DNA of 64,000 bases from Amphiscolops sp. MND2022 (Eukaryota). Both the position numbers and the translations under genes were made by a program. Below are positions 52,829-64,000 of the stretch, piece after piece. The notes under the pieces were generated by a model, which was not told the origin of the DNA, searched no databases, and saw only the letters and a program-made list of their open reading frames with translations. The first letter of the stretch is position 1, and the number at the start of each line of letters is the position of its first letter. The stretch is from NCBI GenBank assembly GCA_964187785.1, contig OZ076409.1:49726001-49790000 (forward strand), in the 5' to 3' direction.

Positions 52829-55341
52829 ACTGAATACAGCTGCCCCAACTGTTCGTACAAGTCGAACCGCCGCACGATTTTTGAGAGGCACCAAAAAACC
52901 TGCGGTACAAAGCAGCCGCAAAACAAAGCCTGTCCCCGTTGCAAGAGGGTTTTCGCCACCCTTGTAACGTTCAAGCGGCACATCGAGAAACCGAGGTACT
53001 GCACGACAGACATACCCCAAAATGAAAGAAAGTACAGTAAGTAGATCAACTATGTCAACGATTTGCGGCTCTTTTCGTTCCCCCCACCACATTTTTCATG
53101 AAAAAATAGTGAAAAACTTATATCACAAAGACGTGAATACAAACCAGAAAGCCTCAAATTTATATTTATTCTTAGTGTGACAGTTTAGGATTTAGATACA
53201 AATAAATACGAACATAATACTAACATAATACGAACATAAGTATAGTCTGCAAGTTTTATATATTCGTCTGCTTTCGTAAAGTACCTAGAGGACATGCCGC
53301 TATCAGAGGAGCCGTGGAACTGCTGCAGGTGGGAAAATCAGCAAGAAGACGAAAACGGCATGGTCCTGAAAGCACTCTCTCGTGGCCAGCCGATATTGTG
53401 GAAGAACGGGGCTACGAACTCGCGAGGTTTGAAGCTCCCAGTTTTGCCCGCTGAGGACTTCGTCCACCAAGTGGAGTTCTTGCTGCAGCACTTGGCCAAT
53501 CCTGCAGCGAAGCTTGCTGCAAAGTCATCACGGCTACCACAAGACCAACAGGTGAACATATCCCGCCATTCTTTGTTTTTTTTTTCGATTTTCACAAACT
53601 TCATTCAAGTATAGCGTTTTACCATTAGTGATAAAATTTATTGTATACGTTGAATCAAAACATATTGAGATTTAGTATCCACTAAGTCATCGTTGGCAGT
53701 GGATTTCACTGTAAGTTATCTAAACATTGGTAAAGTAATTTCAAAGGAGTATGCTTGAAATATATTTTTTTGAATTTTAGGTCAGGTCTTTAACAATGAG
53801 AGAGTACCTGGACGAGCAGCGAGCGGGGCCCTCAGCAGCACCCACGGGAACATTTCCTGTCAATGTCAATGACATTGCACTCGAACGGAATGTAAGTTTT
53901 TTTATCATATCTTGGAAGGTCTCATATTGGAAAAAATTGCTCTTTGAATTTGGTGTCTTTACAGTGCCAAAAGTCAGTGAAATACATGATGCACACTTCT
54001 ATTGTTCAAATTTTTAGCAACTAAATGGATGTTAAAATTGGCGACCACTGTAAGGAGTCTTTGTTCTGAAACCGTTTGCTGAGGTCTTGTCGTTTTGGTT
54101 TAGTTTTTCCAAGTACCGGATTTCGTCAGACACTGTGCGGCCGATCATCTGGCAGATGAGTGTGTGGATGCAGCAGGGCACTTCACCGAGGCTACATCCA
54201 ATTATTTGCTGGTCTCAAACGACCAGTGTCTCACGCCGTGGCATGTCGACTTCTCCAGCACGACTGCCTTTTATACTGTCGCCCGAGGACAGAAGATCTT
54301 CAGGCTGGTGGAGCCGACAAGCTCAAATTTGCAGCTCTTTGAGGAGTGGAGCAATATCCCCACAAAAAGGTAAATGTACTCAGATCATGTACTGAAAACA
54401 TACTCATCTCAAAATCATCATTTTGCGAAGAGCACTTTATCAATCATGCACATGATTCAAAATCATTGAACCAGTTGTTTCGTTTAAATGTATACTAATT
54501 TGTTTTTATTTAGACCAACTTCATTCGGGAACCTGAAGGCCCTGACAGGTTGGGTCCACAAACTTGTGGTGGAAGCAGGCGACATCCTCGTTTTGCCTGC
54601 ACGCTGGCCACAAATAGTGGCAACAAAGGGAGACGCCATTGCTTTTGCCTCCAACTTCCTCGCTGTCACACATTTCCCTCTGATTGTGGACAGTCACCTC
54701 AACGCCAGTCAGCAGGAAATAGACGACGAAGAGGTTTTTCCCGGAGTTGTTCGTGTCTATGCTGTGCTACAGTTTAAAACACGACAACTCCAGCGAAAAC
54801 TCAATTCCCTGAGAGGATCATGGAGCCCCCTCTTCTCCAGCCCACAACTGACTCTTCTGAAAGAGCAGATCAGCAGTGAGCTCGACGCCATCAAAATGGT
54901 AATCAATGTTTGTTAATTATGAATGGTAACTGATAATGTAGAAAATGTTGATAATGGAGAGAAGAACTAATCTGTTTCACGGACTGGGTTGTGAACTACG
55001 GATTTTAATGGTTCTCGTTTCGAACTGCCTAACAATTTAAACTTTTTTTCAAATGTAATTGTAATTTTGACACATTTCTCATTGAATTCGCTCTATTCAT
55101 CATTGTCAATGGCTTTTGTTACCAGGTGTATCCAGCTTTCAATTTGAATCAACTGGGATTGAGGGGTCCGGAGAAGCCCTATTGCGACCCAAAAGGGCCA
55201 GTGTACGCCTTCACAGGGACTGTGAAGGAAGTCCGAATTGGGCCTACACACCAGGCCGAAATCCCCGAAATGTCACAGAAGGGAAGGAAACGTGACCGCA
55301 GCATCCTTCAAAAGGAGGAGGACGTCTTCGATATAGGTTAG
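52829..55341 (+). CDS. Spliced C2H2 zinc finger + JmjC (KDM2/KDM7-like) + ELM2-like protein, ~480 aa; first exon not located
   Basis: Exons 52829-53036, 53289-53551, 53781-53891, 54104-54369, 54514-54898 and 55126-55341 join through GT-AG introns into 1449 nt with no internal stop. CPNC..H..C and CPRC..H; TPWHVDFSST...GQKIF; GDILVLPARW...SNFL; VRIGPTHQAEIPE. AATAAA at 55616. Confidence 0.85.
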
Positions 55342-55709
55342 AAGCAGCAATTGTTGATGTCATAATTTTCGAAATCTTGATGTTAAACCTTACATAGATA
55401 TTTGACCACTAGTCTATCGGAAAACCTTGAAATTGTATCTGTTGAAAAAAAATCACAAACCCCATCGTTAAGATCTGTTTAGACACCCTGCCGCCTCTCA
55501 TTGCAAGCTGCGACACTTTCAAAGAGTTTTTGAGCAAGAAAATTGCTCTCTACAGCCTGGACTTTGCAACAAGCCTACATTGCAAAAGACGCCTCGAGAA
55601 AAATTCACTATGGTGAATAAAGAAGCTGCCTGGTGCAAATTTTTATAGTTTATTGTTTTTTTATTAAATTTTTTAGTTTAGAATTGAACAGAATTTAGTT
55701 TAGAATTTA

Positions 55710-56160
55710 CTCCTTTATATTGGTTTGCAAATGTTCGAGCATTTGTTTGTAGAACTCACTATTAATGTATTGAAATACGTCTGTCGATTCCGCATACCGC
55801 TTTTCGCAGGATGAAGAATACTTACCAGAATAGTGGAATCCACTGCAATAGAAATTTGAGTCTATTTAGAACTAATATATCACTGATTATACCCCTTTTG
55901 AATTGGTTTGCGAATGTTCAAGCATTTGTTTGTGGAATCCACTGTCAATGTCTTGGTATATGTTAGTCAATTCCGCATATCGCTTTTCGCAGGATGAAGA
56001 ATACTTTCCAGAATAGTGGAATCCACTGCAATATTATTTTGTGTCTATTTAGAACTAATGCTTTACTGAATGTACCCCTTTTGTATTGGTTTGCAAATGT
56101 TTAGGCATTTGTTTGTGGAATCCACTGTCAATGTATTGGTATACGTTAGTCAAATCCACT
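55710..56160 (-). repeat. Inverted copy of the 183-bp array (~2.5 units)
   Basis: TTTTCGCAGGATGAAG at 55801 and 55984 is the reverse complement of the 49.7-50.5 kb unit. Confidence 0.93.
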
Positions 56161-56527
56161 TACTAGTTCTGGCTAGATGCATTTAGGTTTAGTAGAACGT
56201 TTGTACCAAAAATCTGAATGTGCAAAAACCAAAGTAACAAAGCATTATTACGTATCGGGAACAGTTCTGAATAATAATTTGTAATTATCTACTGGGGAGA
56301 ATTTTTCAAGAAAGTAGTCGCAAGTGAAAAAAGTTTTTTGACATCATTTATTGTAACAAGGACAATATAACTGAAACAATCGATTAAGAAAAAGAATTTT
56401 ATCAGTGCAATACCAACAAAAATACCATTGAATTTATTTAGGGTAACAAAACAGACGCTTTTTGAAGATGTATTTGCACATTTACTCACGGTGGATATCA
56501 AAATTGCTACCCGTATTGGGCAACAAA

Positions 56528-57792
56528 TTATTCAATGTGCGCATGTTGAATGTTTTGCCTGAAGCTTTTCGATGGACTCCATTTTTTGTAGTGGCCTTCA
56601 GTTGTAGTTATGTGGCACCTGAGTGAGAACATCATAAAGTTGCGATGTTCCGTGAATTTCAAAGTCTTGATCAATGTTGCAGGCTCATCTTCAAGCGTAT
56701 CTGGAATGATGCCCCAGTTCTGGCCCAATATAAAATCTAAGCTGTTGTAGCTTCCCAAGTTTCCCGTTTCAACTTCTATTGAAAATTTCTCATGTTCTCT
56801 GCTTGACTCCGACTTGAACCCACAGACACGTTTTGTCAGCTCTGTTGCAGGTATCATGTTTGTCACAGTTGATGACTTCTTGAACGACAAACCAACACAT
56901 CTCTTAATTGCAGAAAAGACTGCAAACGTTCTATCAACATCATTATCAGGGTGAAAAAATTGATTTCCACGTTTTTTAAATAGTCCGAGATCTTTAACGA
57001 ACAATTGTTTACTGGCATCCTAAGTTCGCAGTCTTCGTCGTCCATGTATACCATTATTGCAAATGGTTTCAACTTCTGTGCACTGTAGTACAAATCCTCC
57101 ACTTTGAATTCCATTCCAGACAAAGTAATAATGGATCCTCTTTGACTAATTCCATTGACACATGGTACATAGCTTAATTTGACATCAACATCGGTTTGCG
57201 GTATCAATGCTGAAAAGTCTATTTCTGGTATTTGTGTTTTAGGTCTTTTCTGTTTTGGTTCTTCCCGATGTTCCTGCCTCGTCTCTTCAGCTTCCTCGTC
57301 GTCTTATGCTTTCTCATCGTGAACATGGATATCTTCCACTGAGTTCTTCAAATAGCAATAGGGGATAAATCTAAACAATTTGTCAATCTCCACGACACGC
57401 TCATGGGTAAATGGGTCATTCGTCGAAATAGTTCCCGTTTTGATTTTTCCATGGGAATCAATGAAACAATGCCCCACACACTCACAATCGGGTAGCCAGA
57501 ATGTCACAGGCTCGTTTTTTTGCAGTCGGTTTGGGGTATACGACAGGGGTTTAGAACGCTTTTATGACATGACTGGTTCCGAATGTTGTGCTTTTCTAAT
57601 GTTCCACCTGTTTGGGTCAGGACGCAATTCTAGGGGAATTTCAATTTTCTGCAGACGATTGTTCCAGTCGATCCATTGGATTTTCAGAGACCAATCACTT
57701 ATGAACGCTATTATCTTCGCAGACTCCCAAATATAGGTTTCAGGGTCGAGGATTTGGACAATTTCATTTAATTTAAAAGTTTGCAGAAGCAT
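56528..57792 (-). pseudogene. ~420-aa cargo gene with N-terminal Tudor/chromo-barrel-like domain; two stops and one frameshift
   Basis: ORFs 57562-57819, 57304-57507 and 56863-57207 share a frame, then shift to 56528-57004. FKLNEIVQILD...WESAKI...LKIQWIDWN. Confidence 0.55.
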
Positions 57793-58279
57793 TGTAGTGG
57801 AGATTAAAGTTGACTTCAACAGAAAGAAATACTTGAGCTTACTCTGAGCATAAACTGTTCAAATTTGTGTAAAGTGATTACCAGGTGTCAACACATAAAC
57901 TGCGCGAAAAAGAGGCTAATTTTACGGTGATGATCCTAAAAGAAGGTGTCATTCCATTTTGAGCGCTCAATAAAAGAAATTATTACTAGCAATTAGTTTT
58001 TAAACTCATCTCGTGAGTGTTAATATAATTGAATAGGCATTTGAGTCCCGAAAGGACTCAACCACCGTAATAAACCTGATAACACTTACTGGTTGAAATT
58101 ATTAATTTAGTCACTGTGAAGTGCAAGGGTGAAATCGAGTCTCTGCTAATTACGAAAACGACGCTTTATCGAAAAAAATTAATTACAAAATTGTCATTTC
58201 TTTTTACATCATAATTTTGATTCATTCAGCGAAATCCACTGTCAGGATTTGTTCTCCTAGTTTCATAAATACTTCAAAC

Positions 58280-60196
58280 ATGCCTGACAAAATTTCAAAT
58301 CTAGAATCGACACGCTTGTGTCCATCCCAGACTTCTACACCTGTGCAACAGTCACATCGACGATCTACCGACTGGAATGTGCCGCCAGATTTCCTCAGTA
58401 ATGCATCCATGTTTTGTCCGCCATCTTATTCGCCAATTCCATCGGCCCCCGAGGAGGGTTTCTTCAGTGCAACTAGAATGATGAACTCTGATGGGATCGA
58501 GCACTTGATTGAACATACGCCCCCAGAAGCTCTAGAACATTTACTGCAGAATGCTCACAATCTGACTCAAACTCCTTTGCCGCCTGAGAACCCACTACAA
58601 CAGGACCGCCCGTCACAGAATTCACTGCCTCACCAGAACTTGCCACCCCAGAGCAATGTGCCCGGGACCAATGTGCCACCCCAGCTCAATGAGCCACCCG
58701 GGAAGCGTCCATTTGACTCCCAGTGCAGTGAGGATAATTTAAGTAACAGCCAATCCAAATGTGCGAAAGTTACTGACTTTGACAACAACATGTACGAAAG
58801 AACGTTGGCTAAACACGTGCAGGCATCGAAAGAAAATGTGGGACTAGTACAAAAAGGTAAGTTGGAACTCTTTCGATGCATAATTACAACCCTGTTCATG
58901 TATGCGGTACCACCTATGCTTGAAAGTTCCATCCGGAATGTCCCGGTACACTCAGTTGTGCAAATCGTGATGGATCACGAAGAAGATTCACTGAGCGACG
59001 CCTTCAATCTCTGTGTGGAACACACAATTGGATCATCGGAACGAACAATTCACAAAGTCTCCGGAAGTCTTGTGGAAGCATTGAAAGTATATTTTACACA
59101 AATTCGGCCATTTTTTTACCAATCACACCAAGTTAGCCATTGTTCGATACGAAAAGGCCGACCAACGTCCAATTAATACAGAGTTATTCTTTGTGAATTC
59201 AATTGGTAAAACAGACTTCCGCGTTAAATCTGTTGTAGATCTTTTCATTTCAAGCAAAAAAGCAGAAACAAAAGATCAATATACATTGAAAGGTAAAGTC
59301 GCGGAACTGATGCCCCTTTCCAATGACCCATGTTTAAAATCACCAAGCTGAAACATGCAGTGAATTTGGTTTTTTCGAATGTTGAAGGTTTCGACAAAGA
59401 CGATGTGAGAAACGCTGTTCGCGCCCGCCAAGACCAGCAAAGGTACACTCGCCAGTCAGCCAGGGGCTTGCTATACTTTGAACACGTTTCTGGAAAAGTT
59501 GCTATTAACTGTCTTGAGTAAAGAGTGGCGGCATTTTTTCAGCGACAAAAGTGGACTTCGCTGGAGAATAAGAACCAGGACGTGAAAAAAGTGACAGCAC
59601 AGTTATTGGTTCTCTCTAACAACCAGTCAATTAGAAAATCTTCGCAGGTACCTGAGAGCAGTGGAATTCGGTATGCTGGACTTGCTCATAATTTGCCATA
59701 TGAAGAACAAATTTTGTTGTCGCAACGATGTGAGACGCAGCTGTGGCCTGGAATCTGTTTAGCCAAAATGTCACAATTTGGGAGATATGTGATTGCCACA
59801 CAGAAATTTTCAAAGGACGACATTTTGATGGATTACCATGGCGAGGTGTATTTGAACATGTCATTGAGCCAAGTCCTCGAGAAAGAAGGTGTGGAGCAAG
59901 AGTTCGTTCTGGAGGTTAAAAGTGGCGCCTCTAGAAGAATCATTGATGCCTCCAAAGAGATTTGCCCCCTTCACCCAAATATTCGCTGCCCTGGACGTCT
60001 TGCCAACCACTCGCAGTTGAAATCAAACGGCGCCAACATGAAGCCCACAGTGATCGAATTGTTTCAAAATGGTAAAAAGATTGTAGTGTTCCGAGCTACA
60101 CGTGATATTCTACTATTTGAGCAGCTCCGTTTTGATTACAATGACCCCATTGCCAATCAACTTTTCCAGGAAGATTCTCAACCTATGTTTGACTGA
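58280..60196 (+). pseudogene. Cargo gene: Pro/Gln-rich N-terminus, possible degenerate tyrosine-recombinase fold, C-terminal PR-Set7/SETD8-like SET domain
   Basis: SET motifs GRYVIAT..F...D....YHGE, IIDAS, GRLANHS and ATRDI..FEQLRFDY. ORFs 59330-59521 and 59525-60196 are in one frame, split by TAA. A probable intron lies at ~59132-59238. Confidence 0.75.
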
Positions 60197-60937
60197 TGGA
60201 ATCGTCAGAAAACTCCGTTTACAAAACACTTTTCTTTGTTGTGTATTCAATTTTTCACTACTTTCGTTTTAATTTCACTTGTATGTAAACACTGATTGCT
60301 ACAAGTACATTTGTTTGTTTTTCGTAATATCGAAACAAAACACCGTGAATTACATTTTCCCTTGCAACGTCTTCTTCACTCGAATTTAGATTTCCATTCA
60401 TCATTCGGCTTGTAATTCAATTTGAAATTTTGGTATCCGCCTTGAGGTATTTGAAAAATGGAAACTAGTTGTACCTAAAATACACTAAAATACACAAAAG
60501 AGCTGTGTGTGAAATTTGATGTAGAATTGATAAGGTCTCCGTTGCAGTCAGCAGTATGCTTGAAGTGAGTTTTCCGGAACCAAATTTTGGTATCCACCAT
60601 GAGGTAAATGAAAAATGAAAGCTAGTTATACCTAAAGATATGTGTGTATAACTAGGTAACTAGCAGGAACTGTGTGTGAAATTTTGATGCCCACTATGAT
60701 TCAATCAAAGTATGAAAAAATAACAGTCAAACTAAAGCGGTAAAACGGTGCTTGATTGCGGTAAAAACTCACTGGGAATGATTTGTCAAATGAAGAAATT
60801 CTGAGTCCTTCTTTTCGTGACACTTGCTGATTCTGAAAAAGTTTCTCATTTTCAAAACTGAACTCGTGAAGGAAGGGCACTGAAGTACATGAACTCCACT
60901 TTTTTTCGATGGTTGATAGTTTTTGTGAGTTGGTATT

Positions 60938-61030
60938 GAAATAATTCAGCGAAATAATTAGGTGAAATAATTAGGTGAAATAATTCAGTGAAATAATTCA
61001 GTGAAATAATTCAGTGAAATAATTCAGTGA
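60938..61030. repeat. 13-bp minisatellite (GAAATAATTCAGT) x7 in the right subterminal region
   Basis: Directly visible. Confidence 0.95.
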
Positions 61031-61790
61031 ATTCCACTAAACGCTGCAGTGGAAATAATTAGGTGAAATAATTCAGTGAATTCCACTAAAACACTGCAGT
61101 GGAGTCCACTGCAGCTGATAGTGGATTCCACTGCGGCTATCGGTGGAGTACATTGCGGCCATCGGTGGAGTCCACTGCAGCGTTCAGTGGAATCCATGGC
61201 AGTGTTTTGTGGGATCCACTGCAAGATCCGAATGTTTGAGGTATTTGATAGTGGAATCCAATGCTTTGCAGCGAAATTCGCTGCAGAAAAATCGCCAAAA
61301 GAGTGGAATCGACTGCAACCTAATAGCATTTGTTAGTGGATTACGCTGCACGCTTTCCAAAACTGCCGTCCAGCGAAATCCACTGCAAATATTCAAAATA
61401 CCCACTTTTGGCACTGTAATGCCGGTGTATGCACGGTCGCCTCACCATCGCAAAGACCAGCTCCTACTACGATCGAATCAATTTGTTTTCAAAAACAATG
61501 TTTTTGGCCCTCGGCTTTTCCCCCATTTCCGATGGATCCACGCCACCCCTTGGAGCCGCTTATGTTCACAGTTTGCTAAGCGAGGTCGAATGGGAGCAAA
61601 GACCTAGCGGGAACGGAGATCGCGAAGCGATCTTAGTGGGAGCTGGTCTGTAACGGTGAGGGCGAGCGTGGATACACCGGGAGTGTACGCCTTTGATATA
61701 ATTGCTTGGGTCTAATGGAATTAGATCTAACTGTTAGGTCTAACTTTCAGATCTAGTTTTATCTAAAATACTTAGGTCTAACCCTTTTAT

Positions 61791-62345
61791 GGTAAATGGT
61801 CACTTGGCTTAATGCCATTTGGCTTAAAGTCATTTGGCTTAATACAATTGGTCACTTGGCTTATTTTTTTGAGCTAAGTGTCTCGGGTATTGGTCACTTG
61901 GCTTAAAGTCATTTGACTTAAAACCACTTAGTTGAAAACATGTGGCAGATTTTGTCGAATTTATCTTTATAACGTAGTCAGCGTATTATCATAACATGTC
62001 ATATCAAGTACCATTCGGATATGTCCCCATTTCCTCTAGTGCCCTGCGGACACCTTGGGGCCGCTTATATTCCCATCTTGCTAAGCGAGATCGAACAGGG
62101 GCAAAGACCTAGCAGGAACGAAGATCGCGAAGCGATCATAGTGGAAGCTGGTCTTTGCGACGGTGAGGGCGAGCGTGCATACACCGCATATGCCCCACAT
62201 TATGATATTTCCGGGAGTTGACATATTTATTCCTTGAGTTGGAATGGAGTTGGCTTATTTGTGGTCACTTGGCTTAAAATTTTTAATCCAAATGACTCGA
62301 CAAAAAAATTAGGCCAAATGGTAATAAACCAAGTGACTGGTAACC
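61791..62345. mobile_element. MITE with GGTCACTTGGCTTA-rich arms and the shared hairpin core
   Basis: GGTAA...TAACC termini. Flanks CCTTTTAT/CCCTTTAT. Core at 62021-62200. Confidence 0.65.
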
Positions 62346-62950
62346 CCCTTTATGATCTCATATGTGTTCTGAACGCGAAAATATAATGTGGGGCATTTGC
62401 GATGTATGCAGGCTCGCCCTCACCGTTCCCGCTAGGTCTTTGCTCCTGTTCGACCTCGCTTAGCAAGATGGGAATATAAGCGGTCCCAAGGGGCCGCGGG
62501 GCACTAGAGGAAATGGGGACATATCCGAGGCACGTTTTATACTTTATATCACTTTTTAGTTTTAGATCCCAATTGACTTATATTTTTTCTCAAATTAGAT
62601 CAAATTAGAAGAGATTTTTAGACCTGATTAGTCAGACCAATTTATTTAGACCTCAGTTTTGCCCCCTCTCTTAGATCTATTTCTTTAGACCTGATTCCAC
62701 GTAGCCGACACTCCGTATATGGGTGGCTGTAAATAGGTCGAATTTTTCTGGTCGAAATGACAGAGGTCGAACCTTTCGATCGAATTGCAGGGATCGAAAG
62801 GAATGCGGTCGAATTTTATCGTAATTGTTGTACGGCTCGGTCGCTTCGCTCCCTTCGCCAAGTAGCAAAATTGAGGCATGGCCTTATGGCACGTCGCTCC
62901 GCTTCGCTTCGCTCCTGCATTTAGCGCACTAAGAGTATGTGAACATAGCT

Positions 62951-63490
62951 GGGAACAAGACGTTTCGGCAACAAGATGGCGGAAGACGTTTCGGCAACAA
63001 AATGTTGCCGAAACGTCTTTCACCTGCTGTGAAGACGTTTCGGCACCAAAGACGTTTCGGCAACAAGAAGAATAATCTGTAGTTTTCTTTAGTATGAAAC
63101 GTGCCCCATATATGTCCCCATTTCCTCTAGTGCCCCGCGGCCCCTTGGGGCCGCTTATATTCCCATCTTGCTAAGCGAGGTCGAACAGGAGCAAAGACCT
63201 AGCGGAAACGGAGATCGCGAAGCGATCGTAGTGGGAGCTGGTCTTTGCGACGGTGAGGGCGAGCGTGCATACACCGAATATGCCCCCACATTAGAAGGGG
63301 AAAGTACTGAAAATTTTGCGAGACATTCACGAAAAGTGAAAATTTATTCTTAAGAAGTAAAAAAAAGTCACAAAATGTTGCCGAAACGTCTTTCACCTGC
63401 TGTGAAGACGTTTCGGCACCAAAGACGTTTCGGCAACAAAAAGTTGCCGAAACGTCTTCCGCCATCTTGTTGCCGAAACGTCCGGAACCC
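62951..63490. mobile_element. MITE with GACGTTTCGGCAAC arms, 8-bp TSD and the shared hairpin core
   Basis: GGG...CCC termini. ACATAGCT is duplicated at 62943-62950 and 63491-63498. Core at 63112-63292. Confidence 0.88.
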
Positions 63491-63607
63491 ACATAGCTGA
63501 CTACGTTATTGCACATGACGAAGTCAATGTGCATTGCAGTCCAGCTAAGTAAGTTTTTTTCCACTATAGTCAACTTCATAATGAGCGCCTTTTAGATAGA
63601 CGCCAAA

Positions 63608-63678
63608 ACCCCGGAGAGATTCGAACCTGCAGCCTCCCGATTGCACGGCATAAGTGTTGACCACTGTGCCATAGGGAC
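63608..63678 (-). ncRNA. tRNA-like Pol III sequence (pseudogene or SINE head)
   Basis: A box TGGCACAGTGG and B box GGTTCGAATC. Cloverleaf is imperfect. Confidence 0.5.
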
Positions 63679-64000
63679 GTTATTGAACAAAGTTGAACTG
63701 TTGAATATATACGCATGCGATTAAAATAATATTTATACGCATATTAAAATAATCGATGTCTTCGTCATGTGTTGCGAAGCACCGCTTCGCCTCTGTGTCG
63801 TAATTTTGAATGCTCGAATGTGATTGACCGAAATCAATTCATTCCATTACGTCATACCATGCTAGTTAAATTAATACGTGTTCGACGAATTGAACAGTCC
63901 CCCTCATCCACCCTCCTTCGTTTCAAATGTTCGGCGGACATGTACTTTCCGGCCCTACCCAACACCAAAGTTTCTGACTTAAGCAGTGACAAAGGTCCAC

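Larger units (their letters stand above)
44733..61421 (+). mobile_element. 16.7-kb CACTA/CMC-like DNA transposon with chromatin-gene cargo
   Basis: Perfect 22-bp TIR CATTACAGTGCCAAAAGTGGGT. 2-bp TSD CC (44731-2, 61422-3). Removing the element restores the repeat sequence GGGCATATCCGGTGTA. GTGGA(A/T)TCCAC subterminal repeats at both ends. Confidence 0.9.

Noticed and set aside
44736..61418. Reading the giant element as Tc1/mariner (TA|CAGTG...CACTG|TA)
   Set aside because: The inverted repeat extends three more bases (CAT/ATG). Only a CC TSD restores the interrupted host repeat, and the transposase lacks Tc1 DD34E features.
61024..63579. Short ORFs in the last 3 kb
   Set aside because: They are translations of subterminal repeats and MITE arms.
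52495..63678. Functional tRNA genes at 52.5 and 63.6 kb
   Set aside because: Acceptor and anticodon stems do not pair properly; kept only as tRNA-like.

Overview
Eukaryotic (animal-like, intron-containing, repeat-rich) genomic window. The only clear host gene is the 3' end of an axonemal outer-arm dynein heavy chain (DNAH5/DNAH8-like; five exons, 245-5442, one GC-AG intron). The rest is nested mobile DNA. It includes MITEs, a MULE remnant and a decayed Ty3/Gypsy (10.7-13.3 kb). A BEL/Pao element (13667-40985, CATTG TSD) has its 5' LTR interrupted by a large Ty3/Gypsy element, which has ~2.7-kb ORF-bearing LTRs, an intron-containing antisense gene and two near-identical internal tandem duplications. 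A decayed CR1/L2 LINE follows. The highlight is a 16.7-kb DNA transposon (44733-61421) with a perfect 22-bp TIR starting CATTACAG, a 2-bp CC TSD and a CMC/Transib-like DDE transposase with a BRCT-like tail. Its cargo looks like a chromatin toolkit: a spliced C2H2-ZnF/JmjC/ELM2 gene with an open frame, a PR-Set7-like SET gene preceded by a possible dead tyrosine-recombinase fold, and a Tudor/chromo-barrel-like gene. All domain calls come from motif recognition by eye, not database searches.
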